Of a stretch of DNA of 64,000 nucleotides, positions 63,769 through 64,000 are shown one piece after another (position 1 is the first letter of the stretch; the number at the start of each line of letters is the position of its first letter). A program made the translations under genes and the position numbers. The DNA lies in the NCBI RefSeq assembly GCF_004010195.1, contig NC_057720.1, positions 16,717,394 to 16,781,393 of the forward strand, in the 5' to 3' direction. Below the pieces are notes generated by a model. The model was not told the DNA's origin. It was given only the letters and a program-made list of their open reading frames with translations, and did no database searches. Origin of the DNA: Chiloscyllium plagiosum. Its lineage: Eukaryota.

Positions 63769-64000
63769 GAGGTCAGGACCAGTGACGTAAAAAGTTCGGG
63801 TAGGTGCGGCAGTCCTGAATAAGCACGTGGGTCACATGAAGACTGCAAACTCACAAACAATACAGGAGCAAAATGTGCCCTACCCCTTGGAAAGGCTGCT
63901 GGAACCCATGGGTTCACCCTCCTCATCAAGAGTTGATGAGTCACAAATATACATAAGAACTTGGAGCATTTAGTCCTTCGAGCCAGCTCCGCCATTCAGT

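Noticed and set aside
49263..64000. Next HFM1 exon (ELCLKNL...)
   Set aside because: Not found by eye; presumably beyond the window, so no evidence the gene is truncated

Overview
Vertebrate genomic DNA, almost certainly a shark (HE1-type SINEs with (TCTAA)n tails, abundant CR1/HER1-like LINEs; probably a carpet/bamboo shark). The only host gene seen is the middle of HFM1/MER3 (meiotic Ski2-like DExH helicase), + strand: 13 intact, phase-compatible exons from 9514 to 49262 covering the helicase motifs and the start of the region after them. Its 5' and 3' ends lie outside the window. One intron (9562-10118) is a U12-type minor intron. The introns are packed with decayed CR1, Rex1/Babar, L1, Penelope, Harbinger and Gypsy elements. 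From 50373 to the end there is a multi-layer nest: a Gypsy carrying a full-length L1 and a Penelope, the Penelope itself holding a two-LTR Gmr1-like Gypsy with integrase before RT. The most notable signal is a set of short, TSD-flanked, often fold-back insertions from several unrelated families that carry a minimal type-I hammerhead ribozyme signature. In two copies the element's 5' end sits at the predicted self-cleavage site. TE boundaries are approximate unless a TSD is quoted.
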